Positions 1 through 12,140 of a stretch of 64,000 nt of DNA are shown piece after piece. Source of the stretch: an uncultured bacterium (GTDB taxonomy: Bacteria > Schekmanbacteria > GWA2-38-11 > J061); NCBI GenBank assembly GCA_964549305.1, contig CAZJVM010000004.1, forward strand, positions 13,205-77,204, written 5' to 3'. The translations under genes were made by a program, and so were the position numbers. Every line of letters begins with the position of its first letter. The stretch's first letter is position 1. Under the pieces are notes generated by a model. The model did not search any database, had not been told where the DNA came from, and saw only the letters and a list, made by a program, of their open reading frames with translations.

Positions 1-443
1 ACCGATGGGGTGTTTATTAATTTATTTTGCCCCTCTTCTGTGTATATAATCTCAAAACCCGGAATAATAAATACTCCCTCGGTATCGGTTTGGAAATCAT
101 ACCATTTGTTTTTTTCTATTATGCCTTCACGGGACGATTGGACATATTCCCCCGACTCAATTAATTGAAATTCTTCCGGGAATCCCGCAAAATCGGATAC
201 TTCGGCAACTACATTGTCAGGATAACGGACATTCAGCGTAAGGCGTGCTTTTTCCGAAGCGAATATCTGCGTCTTGCTGAGATAACTTTCCGCATATACT
301 TCTTCGCTTATTGACGGTTTTACGCTCCCCGAAGGAAATTTAACTTCGCTCTCACAACCAAAGAGTAAAATTACAGACAAGAGCATAAGGGGGAAAGTCA
401 GTTTCTCTTTAATATTATTCAAAAACTTCATAAGAAATGTCAT
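1..443 (-). CDS. Partial lipoprotein, BatD-like member of MoxR/DUF58 operon (runs off window edge)
   Basis: Manual translation from ATG at 443: MTFLMKFLNNIKEKLTFPLMLLSVILLFGCESEVKF..., lipobox-like LFGC, open to position 1. Directly downstream of DUF58 gene, a typical bat/moxR context. Confidence 0.55.
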   Translation of the reverse strand, partial: MTFLMKFLNNIKEKLTFPLMLLSVILLFGCESEVKFPSGSVKPSISEEVYAESYLSKTQIFASEKARLTLNVRYPDNVVAEVSDFAGFPEEFQLIESGEYVQSSREGIIEKNKWYDFQTDTEGVFIIPGFEIIYTEEGQNKLINTPS

Positions 444-453
444 TGGAGTATAT

Positions 454-1329
454 CTATCTTTTTTTTTCTTTTGCCTTGAAATACTTCATAATGGGATAGA
501 TGTAAGGTTCGTCTGTCCATACTTCAATATGGTCAATATTATTTTTTGCCAGCAACTGAATTTTTTCCCTGTAAATCCTTTCTGTACTCAATTTAAAATT
601 GCGGCGGAATTCTTTGTTTGAAGTGTTTACGGTAACAATTTCCCCCGATTCGGCATCTTCAAAGCTTGCAAAATCTATGTCCGGAATTTCCATTTCCCTT
701 TTATCCCTTACCGATACGCAAATAAGGTCATGCTTCTTACCGCTCAACTTCAATGTCTTCTCAAAATCCTCGGAGATGAAATCAGAAATCAGGAAACAGA
801 TAGTCTTTCTTTTTAGCGTTTGATTTAAAAATACAAGGGCATTGTTTATGTCGGTCCCACGCCTTTGCGGATTGAAATGCAGGACTTCTCTTATTATTCG
901 CCATACATTTGTTCTTCCCTTTTTCGGCGGAATAAAAAGTTCAACTTTCTCAGTAAAAATGAGCAAGCCCACTCTGTCATTGCTTTTTACGGCAAGCCAG
1001 GCGAAAAGAGCGGCAATCTCCGCGGCGGCATCGCGTTTTAACTGAAGCGAACTTCCGAAATTAGCGGAACCGGAAAGATCAACGGCAATTACTATTCTGA
1101 GTTCTCTTTCCTCTCTGAACTCCTTTATATGCGTCTGTCCTATGCGTGCGGTAACATTCCAGTCAATAAGCCGTATATCATCGCCGGGTATATACTCCCT
1201 GACCTGCGTAAACTCTATCCCTCTGCCATGGAACGCTGACCTGTAGCGTCCCGATATGACTGAGTCGACTGTTTTTCTCGCTTTAAACTGAATTCTGTTT
1301 ATTTTCCGCAGTATCTCTTTATCAATCAA
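454..1329 (-). CDS. DUF58 domain protein (vWA-like partner of MoxR)
   Basis: GRGIEFTQVREYIPGDDIRLIDWNVTAR and DLSGS motifs; follows MoxR. Confidence 0.92.
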   Translation of the reverse strand: MIDKEILRKINRIQFKARKTVDSVISGRYRSAFHGRGIEFTQVREYIPGDDIRLIDWNVTARIGQTHIKEFREERELRIVIAVDLSGSANFGSSLQLKRDAAAEIAALFAWLAVKSNDRVGLLIFTEKVELFIPPKKGRTNVWRIIREVLHFNPQRRGTDINNALVFLNQTLKRKTICFLISDFISEDFEKTLKLSGKKHDLICVSVRDKREMEIPDIDFASFEDAESGEIVTVNTSNKEFRRNFKLSTERIYREKIQLLAKNNIDHIEVWTDEPYIYPIMKYFKAKEKKR

Positions 1330-1342
1330 TTACCACTCTCCT

Positions 1343-2329
1343 TTAGGGGACGTTAACCCTTTCGAGAATGCGCTTAACTATGTCGTCGCTTGTGAAGTCT
1401 TCGGCTTCCGCCTCATAGGAAAGAATGATTCTGTGGCGCAGTACATCAGGACAGACCGCCTTGACATCATCGGGAATCACATATCCCCTTCCCTCAAGGA
1501 AAGCATTGGCCCGCGCGCAATTCATTAGATAAATGGATGCCCGCGGTGATGCTCCATACATGATAAAGTCTTTAATATTCCCCCCGTAGGGTGCCGGGTT
1601 GCGTGTGGCAAAAACGATATTTAGAATGTAGTCATAGATTTTTTCATCGATATAAATATCTTCCACGAGCTGTTTAAGTTCTTCTATCTCTTCGGCGCCT
1701 GCCTTTTTTTCAGGTGTGTAATCATTCCTTTGAATTGTATCTTTAATAATTTTCTTCTCCTCCTCCTGAGTGGGGTAGGTAATCTTCAGTTTCATAATAA
1801 ACCTGTCAATCTGCGCCTCGGGGAGAGGATATGTCCCTTCCTGCTCGATTGGATTTTGCGTTGCAAGCACGATGAAAGGTTTCTGCAAGATGAATGTTTC
1901 ATCTCCTATAGTAACCTGATTTTCCTGCATCGCCTCAAGAAGCGCGCTCTGAACTTTAGCAGGCGCGCGATTAATTTCATCGGCAAGAAGTATGTTCGTG
2001 AATATAGGCCCCTTCCTCACTGAAAACTCTCCCTTATTCTGATGGAAAATCTGAGTCCCTATGAGGTCTGCCGGAAGAAGGTCGGGAGTGAATTGAATTC
2101 TTTTAAAATTAAAATCCAGGCACTGTGAAAAAATCTTAACCATAGTTGTTTTGGCAAGTCCGGGGACCCCTTCAATGAGAAGATGTCCACTACATAAAAG
2201 GGCAATCAGCGTTCTGTCCACCATATACTGCTGGCCTATTATAACCTTTCCGACCTCCTCCCTGATTGAAGCAAGAATTCCCTGCTTATCCTCAACTTTT
2301 TTGTTAATGGCTGAAACATCTATATCCAT
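1343..2329 (-). CDS. moxR: MoxR family AAA+ ATPase
   Basis: EGVPGLAKT Walker A, RIQFTPDLLPAD, ADEINRAPAKVQSALLEAMQE, ATQNPIEQEGTYPLPEAQIDRF. Confidence 0.95.
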   Translation of the reverse strand: MDIDVSAINKKVEDKQGILASIREEVGKVIIGQQYMVDRTLIALLCSGHLLIEGVPGLAKTTMVKIFSQCLDFNFKRIQFTPDLLPADLIGTQIFHQNKGEFSVRKGPIFTNILLADEINRAPAKVQSALLEAMQENQVTIGDETFILQKPFIVLATQNPIEQEGTYPLPEAQIDRFIMKLKITYPTQEEEKKIIKDTIQRNDYTPEKKAGAEEIEELKQLVEDIYIDEKIYDYILNIVFATRNPAPYGGNIKDFIMYGASPRASIYLMNCARANAFLEGRGYVIPDDVKAVCPDVLRHRIILSYEAEAEDFTSDDIVKRILERVNVP

Positions 2330-2503
2330 TTTCCGCTCCTGCTTAATATTAATAATTTTTTATTTTCCACGTCATTTTATTTGAAAAGTTATGAATTGAT
2401 TTTCTGATATTATCAAATTTTATAATCTTATGACAATTATATTGGAAGTTTTAAAAATTTTGAATGAGGATTGTTATAAAATGTCTTGATGACGATTACA
2501 GAT

Positions 2504-2534
2504 AAAAAAAGCGGAAGGCATTTGCCTTCCGCTT
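2504..2534 (-). terminator. Intrinsic terminator of groESL
   Basis: Hairpin aagcggaaggca/tgccttccgctt, with an A run on + (U tail on -) downstream of groEL. Confidence 0.8.
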
Positions 2535-2568
2535 ACTTTACAGATTTTTTTCCAACTTAAACTTCGGG

Positions 2569-4212
<1,644 letters not shown>

Positions 4213-4252
4213 TTACATTCACCTCCTGTTAGAGCTGTGTTATCTTAAAATT

Positions 4253-4543
4253 TCATTTTTCAAGAATGCAGAGAACATCGTCTTCTCTCATTATGATATA
4301 TTCTTCACCTTCGATTTTAATTTCATTGCCGGCATATTTGCTGAAAAGAATTTTGTCACCTTCCTTAACATCAAGAGGCACTGTTTTGCCGTCTTCAAGC
4401 AATTTGCCTTTACCGACGTAGATGACTTTGCCTTCCTGCGGTTTCTCCTTTGCCGCATCAGGAATTATAATTCCTCCTTTTGTTTTCTGTTCTTCTTCAA
4501 GACGCTGTACTATGATTCTGTCATGTAACGGGCGAATTTTCAT
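4253..4543 (-). CDS. groS: Co-chaperonin GroES
   Basis: [12 protein letters not shown]...[16 protein letters not shown]; upstream of groEL. Confidence 0.99.
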   Translation of the reverse strand: MKIRPLHDRIIVQRLEEEQKTKGGIIIPDAAKEKPQEGKVIYVGKGKLLEDGKTVPLDVKEGDKILFSKYAGNEIKIEGEEYIIMREDDVLCILEK

Positions 4544-4615
4544 TTTCCCCTCCTTTCTAAAAGTTAAAAAATCACATAAGGTTTAAAATGAGTAACCCGC
4601 TTTGAATGGCGGGAG

Positions 4616-4642
4616 TTAGCACTCACCTTTATTGAGTGCTAA
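4616..4642. promoter_or_regulatory. CIRCE element (HrcA operator)
   Basis: Exact TTAGCACTC-N9-GAGTGCTAA about 70 bp upstream of groES. Confidence 0.97.
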
Positions 4643-4913
4643 TAATATAAATAATTCTATAAAAAATTCAAATGCCAACAGAGCTTAATATAATGATATA
4701 TTAGTTATTATTTGATTATTTATGGATATATTAATATCATATCTTTAATTTACTCAATATATCTCAATATTATTATTTCACATGTTCATGTTTTTTTCAA
4801 CTCAGATAATAGTTGTTTTTATATGTTTTAAAAAAAGAAAAAATCAGGTATATTTCTTAAAAAGCTGTCAGTAATTTGCGTTGTCTGCAGAATTTTTTAT
4901 TTGGAGAGGAAAA

Positions 4914-5192
4914 ATGTTTGGTGGCATTGGTTTTTCCGAGATTTTGATAATATTGGTTATAGCATTGATTGTTATAGGTCCTAAAAGACTTCCCGAAGTG
5001 GCAAAAACAATGGGAAAAGGACTTGCCGAGTTTAAAAGGGCAATGGAAGACATAAAAAATACGGTCAATGAAGAGGTTAAGGAAGATGCCGGCTTCATTA
5101 AAGATGAAATCGAAGATATGAAAAAAATAACTGACCTTTCCGATAAAGATTTGGAAAATCCCGGCAAAAAAGATGACAAATCAGATAAGTAG
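4914..5192 (+). CDS. tatB: Twin-arginine translocase TatA/TatB subunit
   Basis: MFGGIGFSEILIILVIALIVIGPKRLPEVAKTMGK; ATG 4914 after the SD-like ggagagg; precedes tatC. Confidence 0.88.
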   Translation: MFGGIGFSEILIILVIALIVIGPKRLPEVAKTMGKGLAEFKRAMEDIKNTVNEEVKEDAGFIKDEIEDMKKITDLSDKDLENPGKKDDKSDK

Positions 5193-5910
5193 CAAATCCG
5201 GCGAAAGGGAAATGACCTTTCTTCAGCATCTTGAAGAACTCAGAAAGCGGCTCATACATGTCATTTTGTATATAATTGTCGGTTTCACGGGATGCTACGG
5301 TTTTTCAAAGACACTGTTCAATATCGTAATCACTCCGTTAAGCTCGGTTCTCAACGCGGACCAAAAACTCGTTTTTACAAGCCCGACACAACCTTTCATC
5401 GTTTATTTAAAAATAAGCGCCATAATGGGAGCATTTTTTGCGTTCCCCTTTATCTTTTATGAAATATGGAGATTTGTCGCCCCGGGGCTTTATAAAAAAG
5501 AAAAGGTGTACGGTATAGTTTTTCTGATTTTTTCCTGTATTTTTTTTATAGGAGGATCTTCATTCGCATATTTTCTTCTTCTGCCCTACTGCTTTAAATT
5601 TCTACTGAGCTACGGCGGTGATTTCATTCCCATGCTCACGATTAAAGAAGCTCTATCTACAGTGGCAACACTGCTTTTTGCTTTCGGAATTTCCTTTGAG
5701 CTTCCGGTTTTCATTGTAATAATAGCCAAGGTTGGGTTAATCTCAATTGAATCGTTGAAGAAGGGAAGACCTTATGTAATACTAATATTATTCGCTCTCG
5801 CGGCAATGATCACTCCTCCTGATATAATATCACAGATAGCCCTTGCAATACCTATGTACATTCTATATGAATTTAGTATTATACTGGTAAGGTTTCTAGT
5901 TAAAAAATAA
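5173..5910 (+). CDS. tatC: Twin-arginine translocase TatC
   Basis: MTFLQHLEELRKRL, EIWRFVAPGLYKKE, FELP, ITPPDIISQ. Confidence 0.96.
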   Translation: MTNQISSKSGEREMTFLQHLEELRKRLIHVILYIIVGFTGCYGFSKTLFNIVITPLSSVLNADQKLVFTSPTQPFIVYLKISAIMGAFFAFPFIFYEIWRFVAPGLYKKEKVYGIVFLIFSCIFFIGGSSFAYFLLLPYCFKFLLSYGGDFIPMLTIKEALSTVATLLFAFGISFELPVFIVIIAKVGLISIESLKKGRPYVILILFALAAMITPPDIISQIALAIPMYILYEFSIILVRFLVKK

Positions 5911-5931
5911 CTGTTTCCGAAAGAACAAAAA

Positions 5932-7791
5932 ATGAAATATCGCGTAATTATAACTATTCTGATATCAGTAGTTTCATTATTATGTTCCTGCTCAACAGCA
6001 AAGAAAGAGATACCGGCAAGCAAAGAAACGCCTGTCCTGAAGGAAAATACCGTTTATAGTTTTCTGCTCTCTGAAATTTTCTATACCAACGGAGATTACA
6101 AAGAATCTATAAATTCATTGACCGAAGCTTTAAAGAGCGACCCTCTTTCATCATACCTGAACTCAAAACTCGCATATCTTTACGTTGAAACGGGAAACAT
6201 TGAAAAAGCGGGGGAAAAAGCCGATGAAGCATTTACTAAATACACAGACTCCATTAGCGTCCTTTACAACATTGGGGAAGTATATTCACGGATAAACCGC
6301 GTATCGCAAGCTGAAGAAGTATACAAAAGAATTATCCAGCTGAAACCGGATGAAGTTCGCGCTTATATGATTCTCAGTCTTCTTTATAACAGCGTAAATC
6401 AAACCGAAAAAATGGAGGCAATTTATCAAAAACTCATCAAGACAAAACCTTCCATAGGTTATTACTATCTCGGAATCATACAGGCAGAGCAGAAAAAATA
6501 CGAAGAGGCAATGACATCTTTCAGAAAATCGATAGAAATCAATCCCTACTTCGAATCCGCTTTTTATAATCTCGTAAAGACTTATTCCGTTCTCAATTAC
6601 GGCAACGAATCTGAAAGCTTTTATAAAGATCTTTTAAAAATAAATCCCGAAAGTCTTGCCGCGCAAAAATCTCTTGCACTCTTCTATGTAGGAAATAAAG
6701 AATATGACAAGGGACTCAGAATCCTTCTTCAACTTGAATACAAACTTCCCCAAGATCCTTCCGTTTCATCAAATATCGGACTGATTTACCTGAATAAGAA
6801 AGAGTTTGAAACATCGGTAAAATACTTTAAAAACGCGCTTCTCATAAACCCTTTCGACAACGCGACAAGAATCAATCTCATAACATCCCTTGAAGCTCTG
6901 AAGAGATTTGAAGAGGCTCTTTCAGAGGTGAAAAACATACTCGAAGCAAATCCAAGATTTGTAGTGGCGCTTCTGCACGAGAGCTTGATTTACGGAGAAT
7001 TAGAAAAACACGACCTTGCAATTCAATCTGCTGAAAAAGCTCTCGCTGCCGATTCGGGAAATCCCAATATACTCTTCTATCTCGGGCGCGCTCAGTTTGA
7101 CGGGGACAAATATAGAGAAGCTATCGAAACCTTTAAAACCGTCCTGAAAACCGATCCCGAAAATGCAGAGTATCATTTTTATCTCGCCTCTTCATATGAT
7201 AAATTGAAAAATTATGAAGAGACGGTTAAGGAACTTCACAAGGCAATTGAATTTGATGAAAACTTTGCTTCCGCGTATAATTATCTGGGATATCTTTTTG
7301 CCGACAAGGGAATCAACCTTGACGAAGCCAAGTCGCTTATTGAAAAAGCTTTGGATATAGAACCGGAAAACGGATATTATCTCGATAGCCTCGGTTGGGT
7401 TTACTACAGAAAAGGCAATTATGAAAAAGCCCTTTCCCTAATACAAAAAGCAATTGAAATAACTCCCGATGACTCCGTGATTGCCGAACATCTCGGCGAT
7501 ATATATCTTGCGAAGGGAAAAACCAATGAAGCTATTTCAGTATGGGAAAAGAGGTTAAAAGTTGATCCGAAAAATGCGCAAATCAGGAAAAAACTTCTCG
7601 AGATAAAATCAAAAACCAGAAAATATATCGTAAAAGAAGGCGACACGCTTTCATCCATTGCCGCAAAACCGGATGTGTTAAATGACGCCGGTAAATGGAA
7701 AGAGCTTTACGATTTCAACAGTGAAATTATTACCAATCCCGATTCCCTGTCCCCAGGTCTCGAGCTTATGATACCGGGAAATTCTTCCTGA
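5932..7791 (+). CDS. TPR-repeat lipoprotein with C-terminal LysM domain
   Basis: Signal with LLCSC; many TPRs (AYNYLGY..., YYLDSLGWVYY); C-terminal YIVKEGDTLSSIA...W..LY..N...I.NPD.L.PG..L.IP LysM motif. Confidence 0.85.
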   Translation: MKYRVIITILISVVSLLCSCSTAKKEIPASKETPVLKENTVYSFLLSEIFYTNGDYKESINSLTEALKSDPLSSYLNSKLAYLYVETGNIEKAGEKADEAFTKYTDSISVLYNIGEVYSRINRVSQAEEVYKRIIQLKPDEVRAYMILSLLYNSVNQTEKMEAIYQKLIKTKPSIGYYYLGIIQAEQKKYEEAMTSFRKSIEINPYFESAFYNLVKTYSVLNYGNESESFYKDLLKINPESLAAQKSLALFYVGNKEYDKGLRILLQLEYKLPQDPSVSSNIGLIYLNKKEFETSVKYFKNALLINPFDNATRINLITSLEALKRFEEALSEVKNILEANPRFVVALLHESLIYGELEKHDLAIQSAEKALAADSGNPNILFYLGRAQFDGDKYREAIETFKTVLKTDPENAEYHFYLASSYDKLKNYEETVKELHKAIEFDENFASAYNYLGYLFADKGINLDEAKSLIEKALDIEPENGYYLDSLGWVYYRKGNYEKALSLIQKAIEITPDDSVIAEHLGDIYLAKGKTNEAISVWEKRLKVDPKNAQIRKKLLEIKSKTRKYIVKEGDTLSSIAAKPDVLNDAGKWKELYDFNSEIITNPDSLSPGLELMIPGNSS

Positions 7792-8986
7792 ACTTTTTAT
7801 TTTTAGTTACCGATTCCACTTCATCAATTAATGTATGAATGGGAATATCCTTCTTTTTTGCCAGCTTTTTCACGCTCTCGTATTCGGGAGATACTTTAAT
7901 AATATCTTTTCCCGTGATGCCAACCTTCACGTCTACTTTTCCGTATTTGGTCGAAACGGATACAATCTTCCTTTCAAGAGTAATCCTTCCCGCTTCATAA
8001 AAGCGCACACCGAATGTGGTAGTTTCCCTTAGCAATATATCGGCAAGTGAATCAAGCTTTTCCCTTTCACATATGAGAGAAATCTTTATTGCCGGACGGC
8101 TTTTTTTCATCATAACCGCAGTAAACCACACATCGAGAGCGCCTTCTGAAAAAAGCTTTTCCATTACATACTCAAAACTTTGAGGGTCTTGGTCATCTAT
8201 GTTGGTTTCAATAACCATTACCTCGCCGGACAAAAATACATTTTCGTCGCTTTCGCCGGTATCCATTATTACCGCTCTCAGCACATTTGCCCTCTCCCGT
8301 GCATCTTTCGAACCGGCGCCGTATCCCGCAGATATGACTTTACCGGAAGGCATACTTCCGTATCCGCCGCATAACACCTTCAGAAGCGCCGCACCTGTAG
8401 GTGTAGTCAATTCACCGGCATCGTAAGTCCCGTAAGTCGGTATCCCTTTTAGAATTTCCAATGTGGCAGGCGCCGGTACGGGATAAACACCGTGTGAAAT
8501 TTTAATTGTCCCTCCGCCTAAATTAACAGGAGAAGATATGACATTATCAATACCTAAAAATTGAAGCCCCGCGACTGCGGCGGTAATATCCACAATAGAA
8601 TCAATTGCTCCGATTTCATGAAAATGAACTTCATTTATTTCTTTTCCGTGAATTTTCGCTTCCGCCCCGGCAACTGCGGTAAAAATATCCATACACAGGG
8701 AAACCGTTTTCCCGGGCAATTTCGATTTTGCGTAAATCTTTTTTATATCACTCAGAGTTCTGTATTTTTTCCCTTTGACTTTCTCTCTTACATTGAAATT
8801 AACCGAAGAGATTCCGCGTCTCATTACGCGCCTGGACGAAAGCGCAGTTTCCCCCGGAATAACCTTTTCAATTTCGGAGCGAACCTTTCCTATTCCAAAT
8901 CCAAGGTCAATCAGCGCCGCGCAAAACATATCACCGCTTATTCCCGAAAAACATTGCAGATATAAAGTTTTATCAGGTTTTTTCAT
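7766..8986 (-). CDS. larC: Nickel pincer cofactor biosynthesis protein LarC (DUF111)
   Basis: CFSGISGDMF, AEAKIHG..VHFHEIGAIDSIVDI, PVPAPAT, GELTTPTGAA, ETNIDD, MKKSRP, ETTTFGVR, PEYE. Confidence 0.92.
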   Translation of the reverse strand: MKKPDKTLYLQCFSGISGDMFCAALIDLGFGIGKVRSEIEKVIPGETALSSRRVMRRGISSVNFNVREKVKGKKYRTLSDIKKIYAKSKLPGKTVSLCMDIFTAVAGAEAKIHGKEINEVHFHEIGAIDSIVDITAAVAGLQFLGIDNVISSPVNLGGGTIKISHGVYPVPAPATLEILKGIPTYGTYDAGELTTPTGAALLKVLCGGYGSMPSGKVISAGYGAGSKDARERANVLRAVIMDTGESDENVFLSGEVMVIETNIDDQDPQSFEYVMEKLFSEGALDVWFTAVMMKKSRPAIKISLICEREKLDSLADILLRETTTFGVRFYEAGRITLERKIVSVSTKYGKVDVKVGITGKDIIKVSPEYESVKKLAKKKDIPIHTLIDEVESVTKNKKFRKNFPVS

Positions 8987-9008
8987 CAATATCCTCTTTA
9001 TAAGGCGA

Positions 9009-10328
9009 TCAATCTCTGAAAAGATTAAAAAGAAGTCCCGTCAAAAGTTTGGGATAAAAAAATGTGGATTTTTGCGGCATCCTCAATCCCTTACCCGCCA
9101 CAGACTTCACAGCTTCCACAGGCGTTGAATTCATAAGAAATGCCGCCTGATAATCTCCATTTTTCAACAGTCTTATCGCCCTGTCCCAATCCTTGATATA
9201 TTTCACATTACTCTGATTTCTCAAACTTTCCTCGTCAATTCCAAGAAAGGTTTCAAGGATTACCTTATGCAGTATTGAAACATCAAGATTTTTCAGCTCT
9301 TCCGGAAAAGACGATTCAAAGTACTTGTCAATTTCCTTGTGGCTTTTCAGCGTAAGGATATATGCATTGCCCGATTCTCTGAAAACTGCCGCAAAGGATA
9401 ACTGTTTTTTGCCCACTTCTTCAAGATTGCCGGACAGCTCTTTTTCCCATCCTTCGCAATCTGCGGGAACGATATCAAAAGCGCTTTTAATTTTTTCCAA
9501 AAACCCGTCTTCTTCAAAACCATTAACACTGTGCACAAGCCTATGAATTGGAAGCACGGCAAGGCCTTCATTATGAGTATTCACGAACATCATCATCACA
9601 TAGTTATAGGGCTCATCTCCTGTGTGATTGGGGTTTTTCTCCTTCATTTCATTCATATAGTTCACTGCCGTTTCATAGCGATGGTGTCCGTCTGCAATAA
9701 AGAGCTTTTTATCGGACATCTCTTTTTTGATCCCCTTCAGAACATGGGGAGAAGTAATCTGCCAGAGACAGTTTTTGATACCGTTTTCATCTACAAAATC
9801 GAAGACAGGCGCTTCCGGTTTCCCCGATGCCAGAAGCTCGTCAACCTTCTTTTCGCTGTCTGAAAAAAGTGAAAAAACCTGACATAAATTACCACCGCAG
9901 GCGCGCATTAACCTCAATCTGTCTTCCTTGGGTTTGGAAAGCGTATTCTCGTGCGGAAAAATATTTTCTTTTCCCGGTTCTTCCAAAGCCACAAGTCCGA
10001 TAAAACCGCTTCTGTTCATTACCGTGCCGTCTGCAAGAGTAAATTCCTGTTCGTATAAATAAATCGAATCCTCATCGTGTCTTTTAATGACCCCTTCATT
10101 AATCCAGTCGTTTAGAAAAGCCGATGCCCTCGTGTATCTGTTATCAGCATCATTATCGCCTTCAAAAATCTTCCCCAGTACCAGGCGCACTACATTATGC
10201 TCTTCATTGGCATATAAAGTCTCCTGCGACTCATCGTTAATCACATCATAGGGAGGTGCCACTACCTTTGCGATATCAACAACTTTTCCATCATAGTAAA
10301 AACCTCTAAATGCCTTGATTTCAGTCAT
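9009..10328 (-). CDS. DUF1015 family protein
   Basis: APPYDVI, PHENT, IADGHHRYETA, MPQKSTFFYPKLLTGL; start taken at MTEIKAF, overlapping the upstream stop. Confidence 0.9.
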   Translation of the reverse strand: MTEIKAFRGFYYDGKVVDIAKVVAPPYDVINDESQETLYANEEHNVVRLVLGKIFEGDNDADNRYTRASAFLNDWINEGVIKRHDEDSIYLYEQEFTLADGTVMNRSGFIGLVALEEPGKENIFPHENTLSKPKEDRLRLMRACGGNLCQVFSLFSDSEKKVDELLASGKPEAPVFDFVDENGIKNCLWQITSPHVLKGIKKEMSDKKLFIADGHHRYETAVNYMNEMKEKNPNHTGDEPYNYVMMMFVNTHNEGLAVLPIHRLVHSVNGFEEDGFLEKIKSAFDIVPADCEGWEKELSGNLEEVGKKQLSFAAVFRESGNAYILTLKSHKEIDKYFESSFPEELKNLDVSILHKVILETFLGIDEESLRNQSNVKYIKDWDRAIRLLKNGDYQAAFLMNSTPVEAVKSVAGKGLRMPQKSTFFYPKLLTGLLFNLFRD

Positions 10329-12111
10329 TTTCTTCGTTCTCCGGTTTGAACTCCATAAATTGTCCTCCAAATACTTTTATAAAAAAAGGTTGTTTTTCTA
10401 TTTTTCCGTTTCCATACATTGAAAAAAAACCCGAAACTCCTTCATAATCTCTGATTCTTGAAAGCTTTTTTCTTAAATCTTTGCGCCCTCTTACCCTTTT
10501 TTTAAGTTCTTTTAGAATCAACATATATGAATCATATCCCGTTGCCCCATACACATTCGGAGTGGCATCATATAACTGTCTGTATCTGGTTATAAAATCC
10601 TGTCTTTCCGCGTTATCACCCCACACAGAAAAAGAATCGGTAAAAACCGCGCCTTCTATTTCAGCTTTTTCAAGGACTATCTCGAGGAGTCTTTGGGGAT
10701 TACCGCGAGGGTCGTATTTTCCCGAATCCCATCCGTTGCTTCCGTAAATCTGAAATCCTCCCATATCGTTATATGGAAGCTGGGGAATTATAAATCCCGC
10801 TTTGTCAAAATCGCAAGGCAAATAAATTGTATCAATAACACCTCCGCTTTCAAGATAAGAATACAGCTTCTTTACATAAGGTGAAAAATCAGTTGTTGCC
10901 GAAGGGTATGTAATATCGATTTTCACTTTGCTTCCGATTTCCTCTATTTTCTTCGTAAAAAGCTCAGAAAGTTTTTGGCCGTAAAAATCATCGCCGTGCA
11001 AAATCGCGATATCCTCCGCAAGACCGTCTTTTACGGCAAACTCCGCAATGGCAGCAGCTTCAGCTTCGGGCAAAAGGCAGTTTCTGAAAACGTAAGGTGA
11101 CAACCCCTCGATATAATCAGCGTCTGCCGTGGGAGAAATTAAGGGAAGGTCGTATTTATCGGCGAGAGGCGAGCATGCCTTCACGCAGGCACTTCTCAAA
11201 GGGCCTATCACAGCAACTACACTTACATTGTTTGCAAGCTCTTCAAAAGCAGCTGATGCATTTTCGGGAATGCCCGCCGAATCCTTGAAAATTAGCTCTG
11301 TCTGCTGATATCCTTCCATTTCCGAGCGAATAATCTGCGCTGTTATTATTCCGTTTCTAACATATTCGCCGAAGTCTGACAGTTTTCCCGAAAGAGGCAG
11401 AATACATCCTATTGCCGTAACCGTCCCCTTCTTCTGCCTTTCTCTAATGATTTCCCTTAATTCGTCTGCCCTCTTTCTGCCGGGAAAGGCATCATTATAT
11501 CTTTCAAAGGTTTTTCTGCTTCCCGCGATATCTCCGCTTAAAGCTTTCTGCTTTACGAGATTGTAAAGCGCTTCTTCGGCAAAAACGGTCCCTTCATACC
11601 TTTCCGCTATCCCCTTTAACTCCCCTTCGTTGAGTTTCTCCGAAATAACGCCTATTGTTTTCCCTTTGATTTTTTCCTGATATCTCTTTTCATAAAAATC
11701 AAGAGACCTTATATACTTTTCCACGGCTTTCAAATTTTCATCGCCTGAAAGATAAATATCCCCAAGAATCTCGAACTTCCTGCCCGCAATAAAGCTTTCG
11801 GCTTCCGATTCTCTTATTTTTTCGGCAAATGCCCGGGACTTGGTGAAGTTACTCCGTTCTAAATATTCCTCGGCAATGACAATGGTAAGCCTGTCTATTC
11901 TTTTGTCACCGGGTTTGGCGGATTTGAGTCTTGCAAGATAAGATTCTGCTTCTTCGAATTGCCCTTTTCGTGCGGCATCTATGCCTTTGGAGTAGTAAGT
12001 GCGCTCTTTGACCGGTATTATTTTACAGGAATCGAGCATAATTAACGCGGCAAAAAGAGTAAAAACAATCCCTGTTATTTTAAATAATTGTTTTTTCATA
12101 AGATTCCTCAT
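10321..12111 (-). CDS. LpoA/LppC-like lipoprotein (TPR-like N-terminus plus periplasmic-binding-protein fold)
   Basis: Lipobox LDSC; IGCILPLSG, AVIGPL, GYDS..L, YEGVSG motifs. Confidence 0.75.
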   Translation of the reverse strand: MRNLMKKQLFKITGIVFTLFAALIMLDSCKIIPVKERTYYSKGIDAARKGQFEEAESYLARLKSAKPGDKRIDRLTIVIAEEYLERSNFTKSRAFAEKIRESEAESFIAGRKFEILGDIYLSGDENLKAVEKYIRSLDFYEKRYQEKIKGKTIGVISEKLNEGELKGIAERYEGTVFAEEALYNLVKQKALSGDIAGSRKTFERYNDAFPGRKRADELREIIRERQKKGTVTAIGCILPLSGKLSDFGEYVRNGIITAQIIRSEMEGYQQTELIFKDSAGIPENASAAFEELANNVSVVAVIGPLRSACVKACSPLADKYDLPLISPTADADYIEGLSPYVFRNCLLPEAEAAAIAEFAVKDGLAEDIAILHGDDFYGQKLSELFTKKIEEIGSKVKIDITYPSATTDFSPYVKKLYSYLESGGVIDTIYLPCDFDKAGFIIPQLPYNDMGGFQIYGSNGWDSGKYDPRGNPQRLLEIVLEKAEIEGAVFTDSFSVWGDNAERQDFITRYRQLYDATPNVYGATGYDSYMLILKELKKRVRGRKDLRKKLSRIRDYEGVSGFFSMYGNGKIEKQPFFIKVFGGQFMEFKPENEEND

Positions 12112-12140
12112 TACATCTGAAGGATTTTAATGAGAGGTGA

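Noticed and set aside
4680-4800. Very AT-rich tract between groES and tatB as a possible origin or repeat
   Set aside because: No DnaA-box cluster or regular repeat; consistent with a divergent promoter region.
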